A stretch of 64,000 nucleotides of DNA from a virus (Duplodnaviria; Caudoviricetes). This document shows, in pieces, positions 8,098-17,507 of this stretch (position 1 is its first letter; each line of letters opens with the position of its first letter). The stretch covers positions 1 to 64,000 of the IMG/VR virus record IMGVR_UViG_3300021060_000011. One strand, given 5' to 3'. Under the pieces are notes generated by a model, which saw only the letters and a list, made by a program, of their open reading frames with translations, was not told the DNA's origin and did no database searches. A program made the position numbers and the translations under genes.

Positions 8098-8681
8098 GCC
8101 GGCGGGTCCCCGGTGGTCTGCAGCGCCCCCGTCTCCCAGAAATCCCGCATCCAAGCCGGTGCCCGGTCGATCAGGAACGTCGGATCGGGCTTAGTCACGA
8201 CGAGCGCCGTCGCCAGGATCATTGCGAGCATGAAGAACCCCGCCACCGCTGCCTTGTTGCCCTGGGGCACGACGCCGTTGGCTGCGCCTTTCGGGACGAC
8301 GTGGAGCACGGCGGCGATCACGGACAGGAGCTTCAAAGGCGCGAACAGTTCCGAGTTCATCAGGGCCGGCGGGAAGCCGGACAGCCGGGCCAGCAGCGCC
8401 AGGATTGCCTGTCCGTCCGTCGAGATCCACGAGAGGACAATACCGACGATCAGGAAGTCGGTATTGGCCGAGGACCCTGTCACCACCGCCCGGATTGAGG
8501 CACCGATGTAGTAGCACAGCACCATCGACGCCATGACGGCTTGGAGCACGCCCACGACGATGTTCACGTCACTGTTGGGCAGCAGCACATTCAGGATCAC
8601 GTACCCAATGACCAGAACCAGGGTGGACAGGTAGATCGTGCTTCGGATCGTCTCCGGTCGCGCATCGTCGTAAATCAACAC
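8094..8681 (-). CDS. multi-pass membrane protein (lysis cassette)
   Basis: about 5 hydrophobic helices. Confidence 0.7.
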   Translation of the reverse strand: MLIYDDARPETIRSTIYLSTLVLVIGYVILNVLLPNSDVNIVVGVLQAVMASMVLCYYIGASIRAVVTGSSANTDFLIVGIVLSWISTDGQAILALLARLSGFPPALMNSELFAPLKLLSVIAAVLHVVPKGAANGVVPQGNKAAVAGFFMLAMILATALVVTKPDPTFLIDRAPAWMRDFWETGALQTTGDPPA

Positions 8682-8992
8682 GATCCCTCGCCCTCGTCAT
8701 GGATCTCTGGGTGGTTCAGCATCGTGTCGACAAGCTCGCGGATATCGTTGGTGCGAATGCGCTTGTCGCGGGCGATGGTTTCTTGCCGCTGCGTCCGCTC
8801 CTTGATCTCGGTGCGGATGCCCTCGATGTACCGACGCCCGTCATCGGCCGTCTTGGCGACGCGGACACCCTCGCGGGCCGTGCTCTCTGAAGCGGCCTTA
8901 CTCTCTTCGAGCGCCGCGATAAGCCGCGCGGACGTTTCGTCGTTGCCGTGCCGACAAGTGACGAGATCGGCGAGGCGCGACAGCCATTTCAT
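8675..8992 (-). CDS. hypothetical coiled-coil protein (lysis cassette)
   Basis: coupled ORF MKWLSRLADL. Confidence 0.65.
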   Translation of the reverse strand: MKWLSRLADLVTCRHGNDETSARLIAALEESKAASESTAREGVRVAKTADDGRRYIEGIRTEIKERTQRQETIARDKRIRTNDIRELVDTMLNHPEIHDEGEGSC

Positions 8993-9423
8993 GCGCCGCC
9001 CCCGTTCTGGCCCCTGCCCTGGTGCAGCCACCGCGACACGGAGTCGAGGATGCTCGCCATATTGCCGAGCGTGTGTCGGGTTTCCGTAGTCGTCCGGTCG
9101 ATCTGGTGAGATAGATCGCCGATGGCCTGGCCTCGGGTCTCTAGGATCTCCCGAATGCCGCGCATGGCCTCACGAACGGCGGCCGACTCATCACGGGCTC
9201 CCTCGACGGCGGTGATGAGCTTTTCAATGATGCCGCGCTCGCGGGCGCTCGACGCCAAACCCTCGTTGTAAAGGCTTCGGATCACGAACAGCGCAGCGAC
9301 CAGCAAGACGATGAGGAACACGCATGTCGCGCCAAGGACGCCCTGGTTCAGGTAGACTTCGGCGGCCTTGGCGGCGGCCTGCGTCGCCTCGGCTGTTTGC
9401 GCGTGCGCGTCTGTGACGAGCAT
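8989..9423 (-). CDS. single-TM coiled-coil protein (holin/antiholin or i-spanin-like)
   Basis: N-proximal TM GVLGATCVFLIVLLVAALFVI followed by a helical domain; downstream of holin. Confidence 0.6.
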   Translation of the reverse strand: MLVTDAHAQTAEATQAAAKAAEVYLNQGVLGATCVFLIVLLVAALFVIRSLYNEGLASSARERGIIEKLITAVEGARDESAAVREAMRGIREILETRGQAIGDLSHQIDRTTTETRHTLGNMASILDSVSRWLHQGRGQNGGGA

Positions 9424-9426
9424 CGG

Positions 9427-9972
9427 TTAGCGACGCGCGATCTGCGGCACCGACAGCGCGGCGGTGAGTTGGCTGTCCTTCACCTGCGAGGACCGCGACG
9501 AGCCGAGCCAGAACGCGATGGCCGTGCCGAGGGCGAGGTTCGAGGCGCCGTAGGCTTGGCTCAGAAGCTGGTAGACCCGCTCCGGGATTTCGGACTGGAC
9601 GAAGTAGAGCGCCACCGTGAGCGTGATCCACGCCATGAAGATGAGGAGCGTCACGATGGCTGGCATGTTCGAGACCCAGGAATGGGTCTGGACAAGGCCG
9701 AGCTGCATGGCGCGAGCGTTCGCCATGTCCGCCAGATAGGCGTCCTGGCGCTTGGTTTCTGCCTCGATCTCGGCGAGCTTGATCGCGGCGCCGGAGGGAT
9801 CGGCTGCAACGGCCGAGGAAACCGCCTCAGGGGTCGCAGGAACGCCGAGAGCGGCGGCAACGCCCTTTCCGACTAGGGCGCCAACCGTGCCGCCCAGCGG
9901 GCCTCCGAACAGCGTTCCGAGGGCAGGCAGGCCGATTTGGGCGAGCTGCCCCGCGAGCGATGACCAGTCCAT
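9427..9972 (-). CDS. holin (3TM/GTA-holin-like)
   Basis: P.LGT.FGGPLGG..G, D.ANARAMQ, two C-terminal TMs, FWLGSSRSSQ.KD. Confidence 0.75.
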   Translation of the reverse strand: MDWSSLAGQLAQIGLPALGTLFGGPLGGTVGALVGKGVAAALGVPATPEAVSSAVAADPSGAAIKLAEIEAETKRQDAYLADMANARAMQLGLVQTHSWVSNMPAIVTLLIFMAWITLTVALYFVQSEIPERVYQLLSQAYGASNLALGTAIAFWLGSSRSSQVKDSQLTAALSVPQIARR

Positions 9973-9980
9973 GGGGTGCC

Positions 9981-10775
9981 TCAGGAGTTCCAGATGCGGG
10001 AAAGGGTAGTGGCGAGCCATCCGCCGACGCTGCCGGTCTGAACGGAGGGTTCGGCCGGCGGCAGCACGCCGCTCTTGCGGGGCGCAGGCGCGACCAGCGG
10101 GCCGACCGTGACGGGCGGGATGGGGACGGCCTCGACGCCGCCAGGGACGTGCTGTGCGGCCAGCAGCGCGGCGCGGAAGTCGCGGAAGTACCCCGCGATC
10201 AGATCCGCTTTGTCCGTGCCGTTGATGATGGCCCGTGCGCCTACGGGGATCGACGCGCCCGTGCCGAAGAACTGCGACAGCTTGCGGCCGGTGAACCAGC
10301 CTTCGGCCATGCCCCGGAACATGATCGCGGCGGCGACGTCCGGCACCATCGCCATGTCGGGCGTGACGGTCAGGTCCATGGTCTGGTCAAGGATGCCGAG
10401 GGCCTGAAGCTCACCTGTCGCGCGGCGGTAATTGGCCCGCCCGGTCAACTGGACGTAGCCCCGACCGGCGAACTTCACGCCGTCGCCCGGCACAGTGTTG
10501 CCAAGATCCTTGGCGACTTTCGGCCGGTCGCCCTGCGGATCGTACATCCGGCGATAGTACGCGTCCCCGCCGTACTCTTTGACGGGCAGCATGGTCTTGG
10601 CCGTCTCATGGAAGGCCGTCGCGAGACAGTAGGCCAGCGCGTCGGTGGCGAGAAGCGGCGGGCAGGCGTCCAGCAGGCTTTCCATGCCGGAGACCTGCCC
10701 CTGGGACAGCGATCCACCGAAGGGTTTGGTGCGCACAGCATTGAAGAACGCCTGCCGATTGAGGGCAGCGGCCAT
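9981..10775 (-). CDS. endolysin, GH19 chitinase-like
   Basis: AY.LAT.FHET, LGNT.PGDG.KF.GRGYVQLTGRANY, AR.IINGTD.A. Confidence 0.92.
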   Translation of the reverse strand: MAAALNRQAFFNAVRTKPFGGSLSQGQVSGMESLLDACPPLLATDALAYCLATAFHETAKTMLPVKEYGGDAYYRRMYDPQGDRPKVAKDLGNTVPGDGVKFAGRGYVQLTGRANYRRATGELQALGILDQTMDLTVTPDMAMVPDVAAAIMFRGMAEGWFTGRKLSQFFGTGASIPVGARAIINGTDKADLIAGYFRDFRAALLAAQHVPGGVEAVPIPPVTVGPLVAPAPRKSGVLPPAEPSVQTGSVGGWLATTLSRIWNS

Positions 10776-10806
10776 AGTCTCTCTCCGGGGATTGTCAGAA
10801 AATCAG

Positions 10807-10835
10807 TTGCAACCGGCGCGATGGGCGCGCATTCT
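10807..10835 (+). promoter_or_regulatory. sigma70-type moron promoter
   Basis: TTGCAA-N17-CATTCT. Confidence 0.6.
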
Positions 10836-10841
10836 GAGTTG

Positions 10842-10898
10842 GTCACGACCCGCCACAGGATCTGGTTCGCCAGACTGCAAAAGGGCGGGTCTTTTCGT
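10842..10898 (+). ncRNA. candidate ~55-nt small RNA / attenuator hairpin
   Basis: GACCCGCC...GGCGGGTC-TTTT closing stem with inner TCTGG-TTCG-CCAGA. Confidence 0.45.
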
Positions 10899-10997
10899 TG
10901 AGGGGCAGACAGGTGTTGCGGGCGCTCATTAGAGGCCCAAGCCGGTTCGAGTCCGGTCGGAAGCACGGGGTTCGACTCCCCGCTGCCTACTTCCTCA
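10899..10997 (+). ncRNA. tRNA-like RNA with two T-arms
   Basis: GCCGG-TTCGAGT-CCGGT and CGGGG-TTCGACT-CCCCG; acceptor-like GGGCAG/CTGCCT; no D arm, no CCA. Confidence 0.55.
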
Positions 10998-11086
10998 GAA
11001 CGTAAACCTCGGCATAAACACCGCCGTGGGAAGGTGTCCTGACTGCCAGGGTCGTGGTAGGAGCGTTTCTCTCACGGGAGATCGCG

Positions 11087-11374
11087 ATGAGTGACAACGT
11101 CCGAATTCTGCAACTCACCCCGCCGACCGGCGACGGCGTTCAGTGCCGGGCCATTGCCCGCGAGCGCGAGACGGCGCGCTGGTCGCAGATCACCCCACTC
11201 CTTCAGGAGATCCAGATCGGCAAGGTGCCGGCCGGCAGCAGGTTCGCAAACTACCAGGACGGCTGGGCGACCTTCACGGCGCCGGATGGCACGGAGATGC
11301 GCTTCGACCTACGCGAGCCGCTGAAGCTGCATGAGGGCGCCGGGATGGCGACTCCCACGGGCGCTATGAACTAA
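11087..11374 (+). CDS. moron, hypothetical protein
   Basis: SD GGGAG; opposite strand to late operon. Confidence 0.65.
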   Translation: MSDNVRILQLTPPTGDGVQCRAIARERETARWSQITPLLQEIQIGKVPAGSRFANYQDGWATFTAPDGTEMRFDLREPLKLHEGAGMATPTGAMN

Positions 11375-11383
11375 GGTATCCCC

Positions 11384-12310
11384 ATGCGGCACGCTGTTGT
11401 TTTTTCTTCCTTCGTTCCTGACACCGAAGTGGCAAGAGATGTAGGCGCCTATTACATCGACCTTTTCCAGCGACGGTTCCGCGACTGCACGATCTATGTT
11501 GGCATCAATTCCGGTTCATCTCGCAGTTGGCACGCGAGTTTAGCCGACGCAGATCTTGACATCGTCATCTGCGAAACGCCCGACCGCCTCGTCGTAAACT
11601 CCGATGTTTCGGGGTTTCAGTCCGCCCTACGAACGCTTCGTAATACGCGCGCGCAGCACGACTATTACTGGTTTGGCCACACAAAGGGGGCGACCCACGA
11701 CGCGTTTCGGCACACCGATGGGTTGCGAGAGGTGATGGAGCGAGAGTTCTGGTCTCGCCGGAGCGAAGTGGAGACATTTTGCGATCCGACACGACACGGC
11801 ACGTTCTGTGCCCTCCCGATGCTTGCAACAAGCAGATCAAGCGAGACGGTCGATTATCTTCGCCGGATCTTTCCGGCTTTGTACCCTCCGGTCGGGATCT
11901 TTCCATACGCTACATTTTTCGGGATGACCGGAACTGCTTTACGCAACTTCTTAGCCAGTGCCGCCGAAAGCTTTTTTACGAAAAATCTTATCGAGGGGAC
12001 AGGAGTCTCGCGATACTTCTTCGAAGGCGGGTTCTCTTGGGTGGCCGATATGGCAGGCTTCGAGCCGTACTTGCTCCAGAAAGGCCCTAGGTTCCCGCCC
12101 GATGACCCTCTTCTGAGGGCACCCTGCCGCGACTATGAATTCGTCGCCAATCAACAGCGGGCCGAGAAGGTGGTTGAGATGTGGCGAGCTGATAGGGCTG
12201 GCCACGATTTCGCCGGCTGGCCGTTGTGGGCAGGAGAAATGATAGACTATCAAGGTAATATCTACGGAGCAGATGAATTTTTCCGCATGAACCCTGATTA
12301 CAATCCATGA
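11384..12310 (+). CDS. moron, putative glycosyltransferase-like protein (HTKG motif)
   Basis: YYWFGHTKG and RYFFE motifs recall RgpF-like GT-A enzymes; AT-richer; convergent with tailspike. Confidence 0.5.
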   Translation: MRHAVVFSSFVPDTEVARDVGAYYIDLFQRRFRDCTIYVGINSGSSRSWHASLADADLDIVICETPDRLVVNSDVSGFQSALRTLRNTRAQHDYYWFGHTKGATHDAFRHTDGLREVMEREFWSRRSEVETFCDPTRHGTFCALPMLATSRSSETVDYLRRIFPALYPPVGIFPYATFFGMTGTALRNFLASAAESFFTKNLIEGTGVSRYFFEGGFSWVADMAGFEPYLLQKGPRFPPDDPLLRAPCRDYEFVANQQRAEKVVEMWRADRAGHDFAGWPLWAGEMIDYQGNIYGADEFFRMNPDYNP

Positions 12311-12313
12311 ATA

Positions 12314-14431
12314 CTAAATTGTTACGTCCATGTTATAAATTATGTTGCCAGCCGTACTCAGACCGAGGATGTAGACGGCCATGGTGATGTTCGTGGCGTC
12401 TGCGGAGAGGAAAGTTGCGGTCCCGCCTTGAAACGCAGCGCCACCCGACTGCGACGGAATTGCTTGCAGAGTGCAGTGACATTTATTCAAGTTTGGCGTC
12501 CCCGCCAGTCCATGGGGGACCAGAATGAAGCCTACAAAGTTACCGGCGCCCGACGCAGCCGCCACGAAAGAGCCCGTCCCCGTCAGATAAGGGAATTTGC
12601 GTGCAAGCTTGAACCCGGTCGTCTCGTAGGAGACGACCAGTTTCGAACGATCCGACATGGAGAACTCGGGGGCGCCGCTGCCGGCGAACACGCACCGGCC
12701 GGTGAAGAACGGCCCGCCCGCCGAGCCGTCGATGCACACGAACGCCCGATTGCAGCCCTCGAACGTCGCGCCGATGGTGACGTTCTTCGTTTGGTTGAAG
12801 ATCGCGCCCGTGTCGGAGATTTGGATGAAGACGCTGCCGGTGAAGTCGACGTTGTCGGACAGCCCGTCAAACACCGCTCCGAACTTGCCGCCAAAAATAT
12901 AGTCCTGAAACCGAGCGAACTTGAGCACAGCATTCGGGCCGTTTGCGAGAGTGCTGTCCTGCTGGATCACCGGCCCCGTGGTGATTTGGCCCGTGCTGTC
13001 GTACCAGTTCGACGTGCTGCGGACATCGAGGATGCCGGGGCCGGTCGGCCTGATAAGGAACGTGGTTCCATTCGAGATGCAGAACGAGTTTCCGGTCAGC
13101 CGGAGAAGGAGGCAGCATTCGAGGACGACGCTGAAATTGAACGTCTGAACCGAGTTGAAGTTTACGTGCACGCCTTCGGGCTTGTTCTGTGTTCCGTCGT
13201 AGTTCGTGCGAGCGCCACGGCAGCCGATGTATAGGAACGGCCCCAAGCCGCCGCAATAATTCTGCTCGATGTGGTTCTCGATGCAGTGGATCGGCTCATC
13301 CTTCGGCCGGTCGAGCGCGATGGCGAAGCTGTCGTTGTTTCGACGAAAGTTGTCGAACGCGTTGTGGTGGTAGTGGCTCAGTGGCCCGTTGCTGTGAATG
13401 ATGTCAGAAGCGACCGAGCCGTCGTTGTCGGCGATGAAATAATTGTCGTAAATATACCACGCGGCCCACTTGCCTTGCTTGATGCATCGGCCCGAAACAC
13501 CGTAATGGAAGAACGCCAAGCCAGCGATAGTCCCGCCGTTGCCGACGATGTTGAACATGTCGATTGCGGCATTGGTGCGGATCTTGACCCTACGGTCCTG
13601 GCCATTGCCCGGCTTGCAGATCGTCGTGAGTCCGGGAACGTTGACCGGCGCGGCGAAATAGTAATCACCAGGGGATGGGACGACCCACTTGCCCTGCGCG
13701 TTTGCGGCATCAACCGCAGCCTGCCATGCCGGGCTGTCGTTCGTCGTTCCGTCGCCCTTGGCGCCATACGCTTTCGGGTCGATCGATCCGTTCGCGGCGA
13801 TCGCGGCGAACCGGGCGTCATTGCCTTCGGCGTAGGTGCCCGCAGCCGTTCCGAATGCGATGCCAAGGGCGGCACGTGCCTGCGCGGCCGTGCCGGTCAG
13901 GACGGAGCGTCCGGACGTTGAGCTATCCGTGATCTGTGAGGCTGTGATCGGTACGCCAGCGGCGACCCGCCCCTCAATCGACGTGATGGCGCCCTGGACG
14001 TTGGTGTAGCCCTGGCTCGCGGGCGGGACCACAGAGACGTTCGCAGCCGTGGTCGCCACCGATCCGCCCGAGGTGATGCCGAGGGCCTCCAGAACCTGGG
14101 TGAAGTTCACGTCCTGCGGCGGGGCCGTGGAGCCCAACAGGTTGGCCTTGAACGTCCGCGCTGGCATGGTCGCGAGCTTGGTGTTGGTCTGCGTCCCGTC
14201 GCCAGTCTGCGCCGTGGGAAGCGCCGTGACCGGCAGCGCGCCGATGAGGCCCGTTCCAGGGTCCTGCACCGGCACCAGCCCGCCGGCCGGGATCGTGGTG
14301 AGGCGCTGGGTCTGGCGCAGATCGAGGGCGATGCGGGTGGCAAGCCCCTGCTTGTCCACGCGGATGCCGCCGCCGTTGCGGACATCGGTGGGATAGGACG
14401 CGTCGAGGCGCCCGCCGAAACCGGAGGTCAT
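12314..14431 (-). CDS. tailspike / beta-helix depolymerase (pectate lyase 3-like)
   Basis: IDPKAYGAKGDGTTNDSPAWQAAVDAA followed by Asn/Gly-rich beta-helix repeats. Confidence 0.85.
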   Translation of the reverse strand: MTSGFGGRLDASYPTDVRNGGGIRVDKQGLATRIALDLRQTQRLTTIPAGGLVPVQDPGTGLIGALPVTALPTAQTGDGTQTNTKLATMPARTFKANLLGSTAPPQDVNFTQVLEALGITSGGSVATTAANVSVVPPASQGYTNVQGAITSIEGRVAAGVPITASQITDSSTSGRSVLTGTAAQARAALGIAFGTAAGTYAEGNDARFAAIAANGSIDPKAYGAKGDGTTNDSPAWQAAVDAANAQGKWVVPSPGDYYFAAPVNVPGLTTICKPGNGQDRRVKIRTNAAIDMFNIVGNGGTIAGLAFFHYGVSGRCIKQGKWAAWYIYDNYFIADNDGSVASDIIHSNGPLSHYHHNAFDNFRRNNDSFAIALDRPKDEPIHCIENHIEQNYCGGLGPFLYIGCRGARTNYDGTQNKPEGVHVNFNSVQTFNFSVVLECCLLLRLTGNSFCISNGTTFLIRPTGPGILDVRSTSNWYDSTGQITTGPVIQQDSTLANGPNAVLKFARFQDYIFGGKFGAVFDGLSDNVDFTGSVFIQISDTGAIFNQTKNVTIGATFEGCNRAFVCIDGSAGGPFFTGRCVFAGSGAPEFSMSDRSKLVVSYETTGFKLARKFPYLTGTGSFVAAASGAGNFVGFILVPHGLAGTPNLNKCHCTLQAIPSQSGGAAFQGGTATFLSADATNITMAVYILGLSTAGNIIYNMDVTI

Positions 14432-15003
14432 GGGGTGTCCTTGTCGTTGGGAAGCGGCCAGACGCCGGAGAGATCGCCGGCCTGCACCTGAGCCGCGCGC
14501 CAGAGGCTTTCCTCGATGTACTCGACGGAGAAGCCCACGGCGTCCTTGAGCGCCAGGAGGTCGGCCCGCAGCACGTTGTTGGAATAGTTCACCCGTTCGT
14601 CGGCGACAGGACCGAGGGGGTGCCCCGCGTCGAGAAGCGCCTTGATCTTGGCAAGCACCTCGTCTCGGCGATTGCCGCCCGGCGTCTTCCAGAGGACGAG
14701 CCCCACGCGCCAGTCGCCGAGCGTCGGGTTGTCGGGCGCGGTGGGCGGCTTGGGATCTGGTGCCGGCTGGTAGGAGACGGACCAAACCGGGCGCTTGCTG
14801 CGGCTCACGAGCGTGCGGCTCGTCTCCATCTGCCCCTCCGGCGCCGCATCAGGCTCCGGAACCACGTAGACACCGAACGCCTCGCGCTCGTCGTCAGACC
14901 ACAGCATGACCGTAGCGTAGGAGGCCGTGACGCCCTGATAGGTGACGTCCTCGCCATAGGGGAGAAGCGCCCAGCCGGAGCTGGCGCGGATTGCGTGCGT
15001 CAT
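14428..15003 (-). CDS. tail fibre accessory / chaperone-like protein
   Basis: position; W..DEREAFGVY motif; ATGA overlap. Confidence 0.55.
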   Translation of the reverse strand: MTHAIRASSGWALLPYGEDVTYQGVTASYATVMLWSDDEREAFGVYVVPEPDAAPEGQMETSRTLVSRSKRPVWSVSYQPAPDPKPPTAPDNPTLGDWRVGLVLWKTPGGNRRDEVLAKIKALLDAGHPLGPVADERVNYSNNVLRADLLALKDAVGFSVEYIEESLWRAAQVQAGDLSGVWPLPNDKDTP

Positions 15004-15016
15004 GGCTGGGGGGTCC

Positions 15017-15604
15017 TCAAGAAGCGTCAATCAGGCGGACACCGCCTGACGGTAGAGGGTTTGTGAATGCCGTAGCCCCAAAGTTCACAGTCGCCCTCTC
15101 CCCACTGTAACCTTTCATCGCAGGGTAAAGTGCTCCGGTGAGGGTGGTAACCACAGAACCAACCAAACTACCTCCTGCGTACAGGTAGAAAGTCTTGTTG
15201 CTGGCACGGTAGAGCAATCCTATGGCGGAGCCGTTCGCCACGGAAAACGCTGCTCCTTGGCTTCCGTTATAGATAATCCTGCCGCTGCCTTGCTGGTTAT
15301 AGAACAACCCAACGCTAGGGTATTGAGGCCCTCCGGGGTAGCCGTCCCCCACTGCTGCACTAAGTGGGACGAACCCCACGTCTAGTTCGGCACCAAAAGC
15401 CTCGCAAGCGACCTCGAAGTAAACGTCAGCAGAACTGAAGCCCTTTGTCGCACGGGTTAGGCCTTGCGTGCTGCTAGCCCACTGCGCTGTGAGGTTTCCG
15501 TTGGACAGGGTGATGCCAGCGGTAGTATCTGCTGGATTGAGTGTTACTGCGGATGCCGCATTCAGTGACAAGGGCCGCAGGATCGTCGGCGTCATCATGA
15601 ACAT
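15017..15604 (-). CDS. SPRY/concanavalin-like domain tail protein
   Basis: TLNPAD...ITLSNGNLTA...YFEV...LYPA...VNFGATAF...PSG; AT-richer. Confidence 0.75.
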   Translation of the reverse strand: MFMMTPTILRPLSLNAASAVTLNPADTTAGITLSNGNLTAQWASSTQGLTRATKGFSSADVYFEVACEAFGAELDVGFVPLSAAVGDGYPGGPQYPSVGLFYNQQGSGRIIYNGSQGAAFSVANGSAIGLLYRASNKTFYLYAGGSLVGSVVTTLTGALYPAMKGYSGERATVNFGATAFTNPLPSGGVRLIDAS

Positions 15605-17040
15605 CAGGCCGACTTCCCGAAGTACGCGCGGACCACCGGCCCGGTCGTGTTGATGACCACGTAGGAAATCGTGTCGATCTTGCCCGCCGCCGTGGACAGC
15701 GTGGGCGCGCCGGCCGAGCCGAAGTCCCACCCCGTGGCGTAGGCCAGGGTCCGCGAGCCGGTGCCGTCCTGAATGATCTGGATGATCCCGCTCTGGCCCT
15801 CCTTAGCGTTGGTGGGGGTGCCGAGGGTGCGGTTGCCGGCCAGCGTCACCTTCGCGTTGAGGAAGGTAGACATGTCGGTCGCGATGGTGGCCGCGTCGGT
15901 GAGAGTGACGAACGCCTGCGAGGACCAGAGCGCGTTGACCGACAGCACCTTGGACGCGACATTGGTCCAGACGTCCGAGGCCGCCGAGGCGACGGCCGCC
16001 GCCGCGAGCTTGGCGAAGGTGACGACGCCGTTCGCGATGGTGGTGGCGAGTGAGCCCGCCGTGGTCGTGACGTCACCCGTAAGCGCGACGTTGGCCGCTG
16101 CGGTCGCCCGGCCTTTGGCGTCGAAGGTCGCGCTGTGGAGGCCGGTGTAGGCTTGGGCGGTGACGCCGCTCGCGGCGAGCGTGGTCGCTAGGGACCCGGC
16201 CGTGGTGGTCAAGTCGCCCGTCAGCGCGGGGAAGTTCGCGGCCGGGAGCGCGGTAACGCCTGCGATGTTCGTGGCGGTGGTGAACGTCGCGAGTTGTCCG
16301 GCCGTGGGCGACCCTGAGGACGTGACCGTGCCCGTGCCGCTGGCGGTTCCGCTCGACGCCGCCGTGAGCCGCCCGGTGGCATCCACGGTGAGCGTCGCGT
16401 TGGTGAACGTGCCTGGTGTCACGGCGGTGTTTGGCAGACGGGCCGCCGGGAGCGTGCCCGTGGTGAGATCCGAAGCCGAGCCGCTCGTTGCTACCGCCGC
16501 CAGAGTCGGCGCGGTGTACGAGATCACGCCCGTGGTGGTGTTGTACGCCAGCGAGCCCGACACCGAGATCGCGGCCCGCGCCCGCGCCGTAGTGAAATAG
16601 AGGTTGGTCGTGCCCTCGGGGAGCCCATCCGTGCTCGTCGGCCCGCCGCCCCCGGTCGCGATGGTGGCAAGCGTCACGCCGGACACGCGCCCCTGCGCAT
16701 CCACCGTGACCACCGGGACCTGCGTCGCGGACCCGTAGGTGCCGGCCGTGCCCGTGGTCGGCAGGCGCGCGACGGGCACGGTGCCGGTGGACAGGTCGCT
16801 GGCGCTGCCCGATGTGGCGATGGGCGCGAGCGTTCCGCTGCCCATGCCGGCGAGAAGCGCCGCGTACTCGGTCGGCGAGATCAGGCGGGAGACCCGCGTC
16901 GAGCCGTCCCCGGCCCGCGAGAACAACAGGCCATCGGCCTGATTGATCGCAAACCCGCCGTTGTCGGTGATGAGACGGGTGTTGCCCGCCGTGTTGGAAT
17001 AGTCGAGCCGCGCGCGGACGAAGACCGTGGTATCGGCCAT
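15604..17040 (-). CDS. tail fibre with internal repeats
   Basis: Thr/Ala/Gly-rich; LA..ATSGSASDL.TGT.P.ARLP x2, TVDA.GR repeats, EG.TNLYFT.ARAR, C-terminal QDGTGSRTL adaptor. Confidence 0.8.
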   Translation of the reverse strand: MADTTVFVRARLDYSNTAGNTRLITDNGGFAINQADGLLFSRAGDGSTRVSRLISPTEYAALLAGMGSGTLAPIATSGSASDLSTGTVPVARLPTTGTAGTYGSATQVPVVTVDAQGRVSGVTLATIATGGGGPTSTDGLPEGTTNLYFTTARARAAISVSGSLAYNTTTGVISYTAPTLAAVATSGSASDLTTGTLPAARLPNTAVTPGTFTNATLTVDATGRLTAASSGTASGTGTVTSSGSPTAGQLATFTTATNIAGVTALPAANFPALTGDLTTTAGSLATTLAASGVTAQAYTGLHSATFDAKGRATAAANVALTGDVTTTAGSLATTIANGVVTFAKLAAAAVASAASDVWTNVASKVLSVNALWSSQAFVTLTDAATIATDMSTFLNAKVTLAGNRTLGTPTNAKEGQSGIIQIIQDGTGSRTLAYATGWDFGSAGAPTLSTAAGKIDTISYVVINTTGPVVRAYFGKSA

Positions 17041-17041
17041 T

Positions 17042-17500
17042 CTAGAATTCCTCCACGACGGGGATCACGTTGGGCGTGACGGGGTCGGCTGCGACCGGCT
17101 GAGCCGTGGGGCTCGACGCGGGCGAGCCGTCCGCCACGACGACGAACGAGCCGATTTCCTGCACCTCGTCGGCGACGATGGCGCCGACGCTCACGAGGTA
17201 GCTGCCTGCCGGGAGGCCTCGTGTCTCAGCGAGCGGGAAGCGCCAGGAGATCACCAGGGCGGTCGAACTCACGCCGATGGCGACGCGGTTGGTGCCGTCG
17301 TCGCTCGACGCGGACAGGCCGCAGCCGCCGTTGGTGAACACCCGCCCGTAATCGTAGCCCCAACGCCCCTCATCGAGCGCCATAACGGTTACGGTGAACC
17401 GGGCGGTGGAGGGATCGACGGGCGCCCGCTCGGGCAAGACGCGGAAATGAGAGACCCAATCCCCACGACGTGGGATCAGGCGGCGGCGCGAGAGCGACAT
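17042..17500 (-). CDS. virion-associated hypothetical protein
   Basis: position in tail operon. Confidence 0.6.
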   Translation of the reverse strand: MSLSRRRLIPRRGDWVSHFRVLPERAPVDPSTARFTVTVMALDEGRWGYDYGRVFTNGGCGLSASSDDGTNRVAIGVSSTALVISWRFPLAETRGLPAGSYLVSVGAIVADEVQEIGSFVVVADGSPASSPTAQPVAADPVTPNVIPVVEEF

Positions 17501-17507
17501 GGGCGCC

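Noticed and set aside
10899-10997. Canonical tRNA-Met or tmRNA
   Set aside because: No D arm, no CCA, irregular anticodon stem, extra T arm, no tag ORF; kept only as a tRNA-like candidate
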